Below, piece by piece: positions 27,560 through 35,950 of a stretch of DNA of 64,000 bases. The position numbers were made by a program, and so were the translations under genes. This stretch comes from Micrococcales bacterium (lineage in GTDB: Bacteria; Actinomycetota; Actinomycetes; Actinomycetales; CAWJMD01), in assembly GCA_002748415.1 (NCBI GenBank), contig PDSI01000220.1, positions 3,851 through 67,850 on the forward strand, read 5' to 3'. Under the pieces are notes generated by a model. The model worked only from the letters and a program-made list of their open reading frames with translations, made no database searches and was not told the origin of the DNA. How positions within the stretch are numbered: position 1 is the stretch's first letter; each line of letters starts with the position of its first letter.

Positions 27560-30500
27560 GTGGCGATGAGGCAACAGCGAGAGCACTCCTGCGGAACCCG
27601 TGCCGGCAGCGCACCGGTGATCCCGCCGCCTGGCCAAGCGCCCCGGGCTGTTTACCTGTTCCCCGGCGACGGCACCCAGTATCAACAGATGGGCGCTCAA
27701 CTGCGGGACCGAAGCGACTCTGCCCGTGAAGTTTTCCGGCAGATAGACCAGATCTACGCCGAATTGGCTGGTCGTCCCCTCACCGCGGCAATGTGGTCGG
27801 CAACCGCCGACAGCCGCACGCCGATGGTCGAACACCCGGCTGTCTTCGCCACCAGCATGGCCGGGTACGCGGCCGCCACTGCCCTCGGATTGCCACCGGG
27901 GTTGGTCTTCGGAGTGGGTGTGGGAGAGTACGCGGCGCTGGCCGCCGCGGGCGTGCTGAGCCTCGAACAGGCGATGCGCGCCGTCTACGCACGTGCGGTG
28001 GCGGTGGCCGATCTGCCCCGCCAGCAGTGGGGCGCGATGGCCGAGGTGCGGCTGAGCACCGCCGAACAGTGGCCAGTGCTGCAGCGTCTCCTGGTACGGG
28101 CTGCCGCCGAGGGCCCGGTGACGGTGGCCGCCAGTGGAAGTGGTCAACTGGTCCTCGTCTGCGGAATGACGGTGCCGGTGCGGCGCGTCGTCCATTTGGC
28201 CCGGGAGGGGGGCCTGCAGTCCCGGCGGTTGCCGGCCAGCCATGCCTTCCACAGTCACTTGCTGACCGCTGCCGTGCCTGCCCTGCGCTCCGCCTTGGAC
28301 GGTCTGGACTGGCAGCCGGCATCGGTGCCGGTGCTGTCCGCGGCGCTCGGTGAGGTGTACCGCCCCGGTGACGAGGCGATCCTGCCGGCGGTGTTGTCCT
28401 ACCAGCTGACCAGGCCTTTGGAACTGGACCGGGTCGAGCAGGCCATCGCGGCCGAAGGCATCGAGATCTGCTTGGAGACCGGGCCGGGCATCAGCCTGGG
28501 CGAGATGCTCGCCGGGCCGGTGGAACACCTGACCCGGCTCGCGGTGGACCGGCCGGACCGCCCCGCCGAGCATTCACTGCGGGACATTGCGGCCCGGTTG
28601 CCGGTGGCCACGTTCCAGACCAGTGCGATGTCGGCCGAGGCGCCCCCCACCGCAGAGCCTTCGTTTCCCAGGGGTGCCCCGACGGCTGCCACACCTGGTG
28701 CCAATGCGGTGGCGGCCCCCGGCGGCCACCGGGCAACAGCTCCCGGCCGGACCCGCGCCGCCGGGCCGCAGCGTTCGCGGGCCTCGGGTCTCACCCTGAG
28801 CACCGGCCCGGGCTGGCGCCACGTTCCCCGCCCGGTCGCTGCGCCGCTGTCTCAGCAACGCATGCTCCCGTTGTGGGACACCTGTGTGGCGATCATCGCC
28901 GATCCTTCCGGCAAGGTGGCCTCGATCGCCCGAGGTCTGCTGCGCAGCAAAGGTGTTCGGGTCGGGCTCGTACTACCCGGGGATACCGCCGTCAGCGTGG
29001 ACGATGGTGATCACGTGCTGTCTCTCAAAGGCTTGACCGATTGGCAGGCCGCGGACCGGCTCCGGGACTGGCAACGCCAGCTCGGACAGGTTCAGGCAGT
29101 GGTCAACCTGCACGCCTTGGGGCTGGCCGATGCCTTCGCCACCCCACCGGAGCAACCGCGGTTCGCGGCCCGGCTGGATCAGTTGATCACCGCCGCACTG
29201 CTCACCGGCCAGCAGGTGCTACCCCTGCCGGGGCAAGGCAGCGGGCTGTGCCGGTACGTGGCGCTGACGCGGATCGGTGGGGTCTTCGGGCTCATGGGGG
29301 CCGCGTCCGGCGACTCGACCGGCGGGCTGGTGGCCGGTTTCACCGGCGGCATGGTCTCGGAAAACCCCTGGCTGACGGCCAAAGTCGTCGACACCGACCG
29401 GCACACACCGCAACAGGCCGCCGAGATCGCCGTGGACGAGCTGACCCGTGGCGATGCCCAGGAGGGGCCTGAGATCGGCTACATCGGCAACCAGCGCTAC
29501 GTGCTGCAGACCGTTGCCGAACCGCTGGCGGGCGACGACGAGGTCAGCTGGCACCCACCGGACGGCAGCACTGTGCTGGTCAGCGCCGCGGCGGGCGACC
29601 TGGTCGGCGAGTTCGTCACCGGGCTGGCCGAGCGAACCCGGGCCAGAGTTGTCGTCCTCGAACCGCGGTCGCCGGTCAACCCGATCACGCACGAACGCGT
29701 GCTGCAACGCGTCTGTGACGTGACCGACCCCGTCGCGGTCCGATCGATCGTGGCCGACACTGCGGCCATCGGTCCGGTGGTCGCCGTGGTCCATGCGGCT
29801 GCCGGGCGCCCGGTAGGGCCACTGACCGAGGCAACCGCGCTGAGCGCTCGCGAAACGGTCCGCGCGAAGGGCCTCGGTTTGCACTGCCTGTGGCACGCGA
29901 CCAGGGACCAGCCGGTGCAACGGATTCTGTGTCTGGAGCAGGTGAGCGCCGGCCGGGCGAGTGAGTTGGCCGCGACCGCGCTGCTGAGCAGCCTGAGCGC
30001 CGAGCTGACCGGTGACGGGCCGGCCCGGGTCTGCACGGTCCAGACGCCGGCCCCCGCGCCGGGCGCGGGCCTGTCCGCCGCGCAGATCGCCGACCACCTG
30101 TTGGCCGAACTGGGGCACGGTTGCGCACCGGCGCGGGTGCATGTGCTGGCCGAGCAGGTCCGGCCCCCCACCGGCCAGGCCCCGGCATGGGCGTCCGCCG
30201 ACCCGCACTCGCTGGATTTCGCACCCGGCACGGAGCACGCGGCGGTGCCGGAGACTGCGCAGACTCCGGCGGCTACCGCGGGACCGGCGGCCGCTGATTC
30301 CCCGGTCCGTACGGGCACCGGCACGCCTGAGCCGGCCCCGTCCTTGCTCTCCTCGATCAACCGGACCTCGCATCAATGCCAGGCCGATGCTCAGCTCGAT
30401 CCGCGCGCGCAACGGTTCCTGGAGGACTACAAGATTCGTGGCCTGCCCGCCCTGGCCGGCGCGTTCCAGCTGGAACTGCAGGCCCAGGCCGCGGCGACGC

Positions 30501-31363
30501 TGCACCCGGGACTGCACCTGCACAGCATCCGGGACGCGGAGCTGCATCCGGCGCTGACGGTGCAGCCGGAGCAGGTGCGGATCGCCCAGGTCAACGCCAC
30601 GACCCAGGCACCGGCACAGGGCGTCCGGCGCGTCGTGGTCACCACGTTGGGCTTGCGGGAGCCCGATGACGCCGCCCCGGCCAAGACGCACTCCCGGGCC
30701 AGCCTGACCTTCGGGCCGCCCAGGCCACGGCAACTGGCCGGACTGGACCTGGCCGCCGAATTGTCCGCGGGTCGCGCCCTGGATCTGTCCGGCTTCGACC
30801 AGGCCGCGCATGCCGTGGTCGCCACCGGCCCCAGCCTGCGCCGCATCGAACGGGCCGCACTCGCCACCGAGAACACGGTGATCGCACAACTCGGCGGGAT
30901 GCGGCGCATGTCGCTGACCCGTCCTGGCTCCCCGGCCGTGCGGATCGGCGGCCCGAAGCTCAACGGGTCCTCCAGAGGCCCCAACTCTGTCCACGCGACC
31001 CAGGCAGTGGGTAACCCAGAGACGGTCGCCGCCCAGTCGGCGACGGCGCCGGTTGCCGAGACCGACCTGCTGGCCGTCCCGGTGTATCTGGAAAACGCGG
31101 CGCGGGCCGCACTGATCTGGGCGTTGCACCAGCGCGGGTGGTTCATCGTGCCGGCGCAGGCGGAGGTCGTCCAGATTTACCAGCAACCCGACCCGGCGCA
31201 ATCGATCTACTGCAGTGCGACGATCAGCCGGCAGGGACCGGACTGGGTCAGCGCGGACATCCTTATCACCGGGTCGGGCGGACGGGTGCTGGCGACTGCG
31301 GAACGGGTCCGGTTCAAGCGCATCGGCAAGCTCCGGGGTGGGCCGGTCACGCTCACGTCGTGA
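27560..31363 (+). CDS. Stand-alone PKS-like multidomain protein: AT-like, KR-like and PS-DH-like regions with non-canonical catalytic positions
   Basis: AT-like: YLFPGDGTQYQQMG, GVGVGEYAALAAAGVLSLEQAMRAV, ASHAFHSHLL. KR-like: VLVSAAAGDLVGEF, VVHAAAGRPVGPLTE, VRAKGLGLHCL. DH-like: FLEDYKIRGLPALAGAFQLEL. I saw no KS or ACP motif. The start is either GTG 27560 or ATG 27566. Confidence 0.75.
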   Translation: MAMRQQREHSCGTRAGSAPVIPPPGQAPRAVYLFPGDGTQYQQMGAQLRDRSDSAREVFRQIDQIYAELAGRPLTAAMWSATADSRTPMVEHPAVFATSMAGYAAATALGLPPGLVFGVGVGEYAALAAAGVLSLEQAMRAVYARAVAVADLPRQQWGAMAEVRLSTAEQWPVLQRLLVRAAAEGPVTVAASGSGQLVLVCGMTVPVRRVVHLAREGGLQSRRLPASHAFHSHLLTAAVPALRSALDGLDWQPASVPVLSAALGEVYRPGDEAILPAVLSYQLTRPLELDRVEQAIAAEGIEICLETGPGISLGEMLAGPVEHLTRLAVDRPDRPAEHSLRDIAARLPVATFQTSAMSAEAPPTAEPSFPRGAPTAATPGANAVAAPGGHRATAPGRTRAAGPQRSRASGLTLSTGPGWRHVPRPVAAPLSQQRMLPLWDTCVAIIADPSGKVASIARGLLRSKGVRVGLVLPGDTAVSVDDGDHVLSLKGLTDWQAADRLRDWQRQLGQVQAVVNLHALGLADAFATPPEQPRFAARLDQLITAALLTGQQVLPLPGQGSGLCRYVALTRIGGVFGLMGAASGDSTGGLVAGFTGGMVSENPWLTAKVVDTDRHTPQQAAEIAVDELTRGDAQEGPEIGYIGNQRYVLQTVAEPLAGDDEVSWHPPDGSTVLVSAAAGDLVGEFVTGLAERTRARVVVLEPRSPVNPITHERVLQRVCDVTDPVAVRSIVADTAAIGPVVAVVHAAAGRPVGPLTEATALSARETVRAKGLGLHCLWHATRDQPVQRILCLEQVSAGRASELAATALLSSLSAELTGDGPARVCTVQTPAPAPGAGLSAAQIADHLLAELGHGCAPARVHVLAEQVRPPTGQAPAWASADPHSLDFAPGTEHAAVPETAQTPAATAGPAAADSPVRTGTGTPEPAPSLLSSINRTSHQCQADAQLDPRAQRFLEDYKIRGLPALAGAFQLELQAQAAATLHPGLHLHSIRDAELHPALTVQPEQVRIAQVNATTQAPAQGVRRVVVTTLGLREPDDAAPAKTHSRASLTFGPPRPRQLAGLDLAAELSAGRALDLSGFDQAAHAVVATGPSLRRIERAALATENTVIAQLGGMRRMSLTRPGSPAVRIGGPKLNGSSRGPNSVHATQAVGNPETVAAQSATAPVAETDLLAVPVYLENAARAALIWALHQRGWFIVPAQAEVVQIYQQPDPAQSIYCSATISRQGPDWVSADILITGSGGRVLATAERVRFKRIGKLRGGPVTLTS

Positions 31364-31421
31364 CCGCACCCGCGGGCCTTCGTCGGTTCGCCGTTCGCCG
31401 CGGGTTCGCTGCGGCCGGCCC

Positions 31422-32189
31422 TCAGTCCCTGGCGGTCAGGACCAGCGGCCCGTCCTCGGTGATGGCCACCGTGTGCTCGCTGTGCGCCCCCCGGGAGCCG
31501 TCCTTGCTGCGCAGCGTCCAGCCGTCCGGGTCGGTGTAGATCTGATCGGTGTGGGCCATGAACCATGGTTCGATGGCGATCACCAGGCCCGGCTGCAGCT
31601 TCAGGCCGCGCCCGGCCCGCCCGTCGTTGGGTACGTGCGGCTCCGCGTGCATGGTGCGCCCCACCCCGTGCCCGCCGAACTGCAGGTTGACGCGGTACCC
31701 GTAGTCGCGGGCGACAGCCCCGATGCCGGCCGAGATGTCGCCGAGCTTATTGCCCGGCCGGGCCTGCTCGATGCCCGCCTCCAGCGCTGTCCTGGTCGCC
31801 TGGATCAGGGTGAGGTCTTCCTGTGCGGGTGTACCCACCACGAACGACATCGCCGAGTCCGACACCCATCCCTCGACCTCGGCGGCGAAGTCGATGCTCA
31901 GCAGGTCGCCGTCCGCCAGGACGTAGTCGTGCGGCAAGCCGTGCAAGACGGCGTCGTTGACCGAGGTACACAGCACCTTGCCGAACGGGGATGCGCCGAA
32001 AGAAGGGTGGTAGTCGATGTAGCAACTGGTCGCGCCGCGCTCGCGGATCATCTGGTGGGTGATCTCGTCCAGCTCCAACAGGTTGACCCCCACCGCCGCC
32101 CGCTTGCTGAGCTCGGTCAGCACCGAGGCCACGAATCGTCCGGCCGGGCGCATCTGGTCGATTTCGGCGGGGGTCAGTAGCTCGATCAC
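31422..32189 (-). CDS. map: Type I methionine aminopeptidase
   Basis: CTSVNDAVLHGLP, DLLSIDFAAEVEGWVSDSA, GHGVGRTMHAEPHVPN and IAIEPWF...HSEHTV contain the canonical metal-ligand contexts of MetAP1. Confidence 0.9.
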   Translation of the reverse strand: MIELLTPAEIDQMRPAGRFVASVLTELSKRAAVGVNLLELDEITHQMIRERGATSCYIDYHPSFGASPFGKVLCTSVNDAVLHGLPHDYVLADGDLLSIDFAAEVEGWVSDSAMSFVVGTPAQEDLTLIQATRTALEAGIEQARPGNKLGDISAGIGAVARDYGYRVNLQFGGHGVGRTMHAEPHVPNDGRAGRGLKLQPGLVIAIEPWFMAHTDQIYTDPDGWTLRSKDGSRGAHSEHTVAITEDGPLVLTARD

Positions 32190-32865
32190 GCTGCCACTGT
32201 AGCGGGCGCTTCAGGGCGAACCCAGTCGGCCGACACGTACTGCAATGGACCTCGAGGAAGCTGCGCGGTCATGGACGAACAGAAGTACCGATCGGTTACC
32301 AGCAGCGACCTCGATGGGCTGGTGTGCGCGCTCCGGCTACGCAAGGTCGGCATCGTCGGTGACGTCCTCTTCTTGCCCCCGAGGGGCGGCTAGGACAGCA
32401 AGGCCGACATCACCGGCCGGGTACTTTCACCAACTTGCCCTCCTGCCCGGCGGCGCACCTGTCAGTACGTGGCCGCGGACATCTTCGACTCGAGAAGGTC
32501 CGGGCACTGCTGAGCTTCCTGACGGATTCCCGCAGCGGGCTGGACCGGTTCGGGGAGTTCCGGGTGTCCAACTACCAGCGGACGATGCACCTCATCGATC
32601 ATCGGGCCAACCACCAGGACGTCAACGACATCCTTGTCAACGACGTCCTTGCCCTGCCGCACCAGGCCTAGGCGCATATCCGGCACCGACGCCGGGGCCG
32701 TGGTGGTGCGAGGTCTCCGGCCTCCGACAACACCTGACCGGCCAGCTTGTCGCCTCATCCGAGCGGTGTGGGCTCGCCCGATGCCCCGGCCCCGCCCGCA
32801 GCAGCGCCTGCCACAGTTTCCGAACCTGGATGAGCTGATGGCGGAGTAGCCGTCGATGAGCCTCA

Positions 32866-32939
32866 TGCCACCTTGCTGGGTATGCCATACGCCTGGGTCC
32901 ACTGCCACCTTGCTGGGTATGCCATACGCCTGGGTCCAC
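32866..32939. repeat. Perfect tandem duplication of a 37-bp unit
   Basis: tgccaccttgctgggtatgccatacgcctgggtccac occurs at 32866-32902 and again at 32903-32939. 37 is not a multiple of 3, so it shifts any reading frame crossing it. Confidence 0.95.
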
Positions 32940-33173
32940 CTGGTCGGCGGCACCGACATCGAGTTGATCGTCGGCCGACGCACCGGCACTTTCTTGGCCT
33001 TAGACCGCGCGGCAGCGCAACAACTGACCCCAGTACCGTAATCGCACCGCGGGGCAACGCGTAGCCGTGATGCCAAGCTGCGGGGCCTTCTGCCTGAGAG
33101 CGAGAGACGATGTCCGCCCGGCCCCGGAAAGTTCGGTCGGTTGCGTGCCGGCACCGAAGGAATCACCACGTAT

Positions 33174-33738
33174 CTATTCTTGTGATGCAATATAGATCTC
33201 GTTGAGGCTGAACTCTTCAATTAAGTGTTCCGGAACGCCCTCTTCGGCAGGTGGCTTTTCCAGGATCAAATCATACGGCCTGTCTTCTTTCTCGGTAGCT
33301 TCGCCCACCACTTGGAGATCTTGGTTGAGGTATCTCAACTCGAGTCTAAAGCCGTGACTGGCGGCACCGTGCTGCAGAGCAGGAACTGGCATGCCGTATC
33401 ACGTTTCGAATTTTATCAGTAGTGCGTCGGGTTCGACATCGATCTCGCTAATCACTGAATCGTAGCCATAGCCCCAGTTTTCAGCGCTCCATTACTCTCC
33501 ACTCCGGCATGTCTCCTGAGTAGCCGTTGGGTACCGTCCTGGACAGGTCTTTCGGCATGGGGTGCAAGTACTCCAGAAATCCTGGTGGCGCGAAGCGTTT
33601 TGCCGTGAAATTTGACATGGACCACAGTTTTTCCGCAAGACTCCTTCGCTGGGAACCGTTTGCCATTTCTAGCACGTCGTTCAGGAACGCCCCGTTGTCG
33701 TTGGCCACCTTTAGTGCGCATATACATAAATCTGACAT
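33174..33738 (-). pseudogene. Fragmented gene in the low-GC core (two or three ORF pieces of one protein of about 190 aa; family unknown)
   Basis: Piece 1, 33481-33738: MSDLCICALKVANDNGAFLNDVLEMANG...GDMPEWRVMER, with AAGGA 9 nt upstream. In another frame: NWGYGYDSVISEIDVEPDALLIKFET, ending at a TGA (33399-33401). The same frame continues YGMPVPALQHGAASHGFRLELRYLNQDLQVVGE...NEIYIASQE (33174-33392). The pieces may instead be separate small genes. Confidence 0.35.
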
Positions 33739-33970
33739 CGATTGATCCTTACTGTGAATCCCGCCCCGTGCCGCCGCTTCTTGAATGGGACTTGCCCCTG
33801 TTTCCCAGACGGTTGTGACGTATTCATCGTAACCTGCTGTGGTGAATCGGCTCCATACGCACAGGCACGCCCTGGTGCGTGCCCGCGGCGGCGTGCGCGC
33901 CATGGCCGGTGCCGGGTTGACTGCGTGGGTGTCCGGTCCGGGCGCGCCGCCGCTGGACTAACCTTGCTCC

Positions 33971-34837
33971 GTGAGTGAGGCCAGCACCCCCGTAGGGCCA
34001 GCCGCGTCTGCTGCGGTTGCCCCACCCGAAGACCGGGACGGTGAACGGCCCGCCCACCCCCCGTTGGTGACGGGCCGCCGGCGCCGCACCCTCGTGGCCC
34101 TCGTTCTGGTGGCCGCTGTCTGCCTGGTGGTGTGGGCAGCCGGCCTACCCAGTGTCCGTGGCATCGACGCGTACTGGGCCGACGACTCCGCCCCCGTCAC
34201 CCGGGCCGGGGTGGAATTCCGCGGCGACACGGCGGCGGTCACCATTACCCCGGCCACCGACGGCCGGGTCAGCGTACGCGCCACCGGACGATACAGCGGC
34301 TCCAGGCCGCGCGTGTCGGTCACCGAGGACCGGAACCGGATGCTGGTGATCGTGGAGTGCTTCGCCGAACCGACCCGGCTGTGTGAGCTGGAGGCCGAGG
34401 TGCGGATGCCCCCGCAGCTGTCGCTGCTGGCCACCACCCGCGGCGGCCCGATGCGGGTGGAAGGCTTGACCGCACCGGTGATCCTGAACAGCGAATCGGC
34501 ACCGGTGGTGGCCTCCTCGCTCAGCGGAGCTGTCCAGGTACGGACGATGAGCGGGCCGTTCACCGCCGAGCGCCTGCACAGTTCACGGGTCGCGGTGCGG
34601 TCGGACTCCGGGGCGGTGACCGCCCAGTTCAACCGCGCCCCGTCCTCGCTCAGCGTGGCTACCGGTCAGGTACCGGTGCGGATGATCATCCCGCGCGCTG
34701 ACGGCGGCTACCGGCTCAGCATCGACAGTGGGGGAGCACCGAACAGCGTGGCACTCACCGAACAGCCGGACTCGCCGCGCCGTATCGCGGTGCGCACCAC
34801 CGGGGGTGAGGTGCTGCTACAACCAGCCACCGGCTGA
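33971..34837 (+). CDS. Membrane-anchored DUF4097-like beta-strand-repeat protein (putative adhesin family)
   Basis: N-terminal TM (LVALVLVAAVCLVVWAAG), then repeated short beta segments ending with patterns such as VRSDSGAVTAQF, VATGQVPVRM and VRTTGGEVLL, typical of DUF4097 proteins. Confidence 0.65.
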   Translation: MSEASTPVGPAASAAVAPPEDRDGERPAHPPLVTGRRRRTLVALVLVAAVCLVVWAAGLPSVRGIDAYWADDSAPVTRAGVEFRGDTAAVTITPATDGRVSVRATGRYSGSRPRVSVTEDRNRMLVIVECFAEPTRLCELEAEVRMPPQLSLLATTRGGPMRVEGLTAPVILNSESAPVVASSLSGAVQVRTMSGPFTAERLHSSRVAVRSDSGAVTAQFNRAPSSLSVATGQVPVRMIIPRADGGYRLSIDSGGAPNSVALTEQPDSPRRIAVRTTGGEVLLQPATG

Positions 34838-34987
34838 CCAGGCCGGGCACCGGCCCCGGAAAAGTACGACAGAATTGAGCCTGCGACCAGGAAGGTTGTG
34901 GTTCCGGGAATCCCCGGATGCCGGGGAACACAACGAAGGGCCGGGTTGGACACTTCAGCATTGGACGCGGCGTCCGCATTCGACTTG

Positions 34988-35896
34988 ATGACCCGCACGG
35001 CCATCGTGACGGGAGCCCACCGTGGGGTCGGACTGGAGGTGTCCCGTGCCCTGCTGGCGGCCGACGGGGCCGTCACCATGGCCGTTCCCGACGTCGCCGA
35101 GGCCGAACCGGTGGTGACCCAGCTACGCCACCAGTTCGAAGGCTGCGCGCTGTATGCTGCCGAACTCGACCTGACCTGCCTGCGATCTGTGGAGGCGTTC
35201 GTCGCCAGGTTCAACTCCACCGCGCAACCGCTGCACCTGCTGGTCAACGCCGACCGGCAGCTGCCCACCAGCGGGCCACGGCGCACCGCGGACGGAATCG
35301 AGGTGATGCTCGCCCGCAACTACCTGGGCCACTTCGCCCTGACCATGGCCCTGATCGGGGCGCTGCGGCGATCCGCCGGGTCGCGGGTGATCAACCTAGC
35401 CACCTCGGCGCACGTGCTCGGAGACCTCGACTTCACCGACCCGAACTTCATGCACCGCAGCTACGACCCGTGGGTCGCCTACGGTCAGTCGCAGACCGCG
35501 AACCTGCTGATGGCAGGTGGTTTCGGCCAGTACTTCGGCGCCGACGGCATCGCCTGTCATGCGGTGAACCCGGGCGAGGTCGCCCCGGACCTGCTGGTCG
35601 GCCTGCCGGTGGACCAAGTCCGGGAGCGGGAGTGGGACCAGGTGCCAGGGATCATCGGCCCACCCACCTGGACCGCGGCCAAAGCCGCTGTCCCCGTGGT
35701 GCGCGCCGCCCTCAGCGCCGACCTGGACGGGGTGTCCGGGGCGTACGTCGAGGACAGTGGGCAAGCGCGTGCCTGGCCCGCATGCCGGGACCCACTGGAC
35801 GGGACCTTCAGCGGATACTTGGAGTCGGCGATGGATCCCACGCGCGCACTTGGGTTGTGGGAGATCAGCGAGGAACTGCTGCGCACTGCCGCCTGA
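34988..35896 (+). CDS. Short-chain dehydrogenase/reductase (SDR) family oxidoreductase
   Basis: MTRTAIVTGAHRGVGLEVSRALL (TGxxxGxG) and YGQSQTANLL (YxxxK-like region; here K is replaced, so possibly atypical). The ORF opens at 34898, but ATG 34988 gives the canonical N-terminus. Confidence 0.75.
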   Translation: MTRTAIVTGAHRGVGLEVSRALLAADGAVTMAVPDVAEAEPVVTQLRHQFEGCALYAAELDLTCLRSVEAFVARFNSTAQPLHLLVNADRQLPTSGPRRTADGIEVMLARNYLGHFALTMALIGALRRSAGSRVINLATSAHVLGDLDFTDPNFMHRSYDPWVAYGQSQTANLLMAGGFGQYFGADGIACHAVNPGEVAPDLLVGLPVDQVREREWDQVPGIIGPPTWTAAKAAVPVVRAALSADLDGVSGAYVEDSGQARAWPACRDPLDGTFSGYLESAMDPTRALGLWEISEELLRTAA

Positions 35897-35950
35897 TCTA
35901 CGCTGCGCAGTTGGATGGTCTGACGCCCGGCCGCACGGGCGGGGAGCACA

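Noticed and set aside
29219-31369. 716-aa minus-strand ORF
   Set aside because: It is antisense to the PKS-like gene and has an Arg/Gly/Pro/Asp-rich low-complexity composition typical of shadow ORFs in high-GC DNA. The same reasoning applies to 27362..28573 (minus).
33225-33745. Plus-strand ORFs in the low-GC core (33225..33422, 33527..33745, 33612..33818)
   Set aside because: The products are Phe/Ser/Arg-rich and irregular. The minus-strand pieces have balanced, protein-like composition and an AAGGA ribosome-binding site, so the minus strand is favoured.
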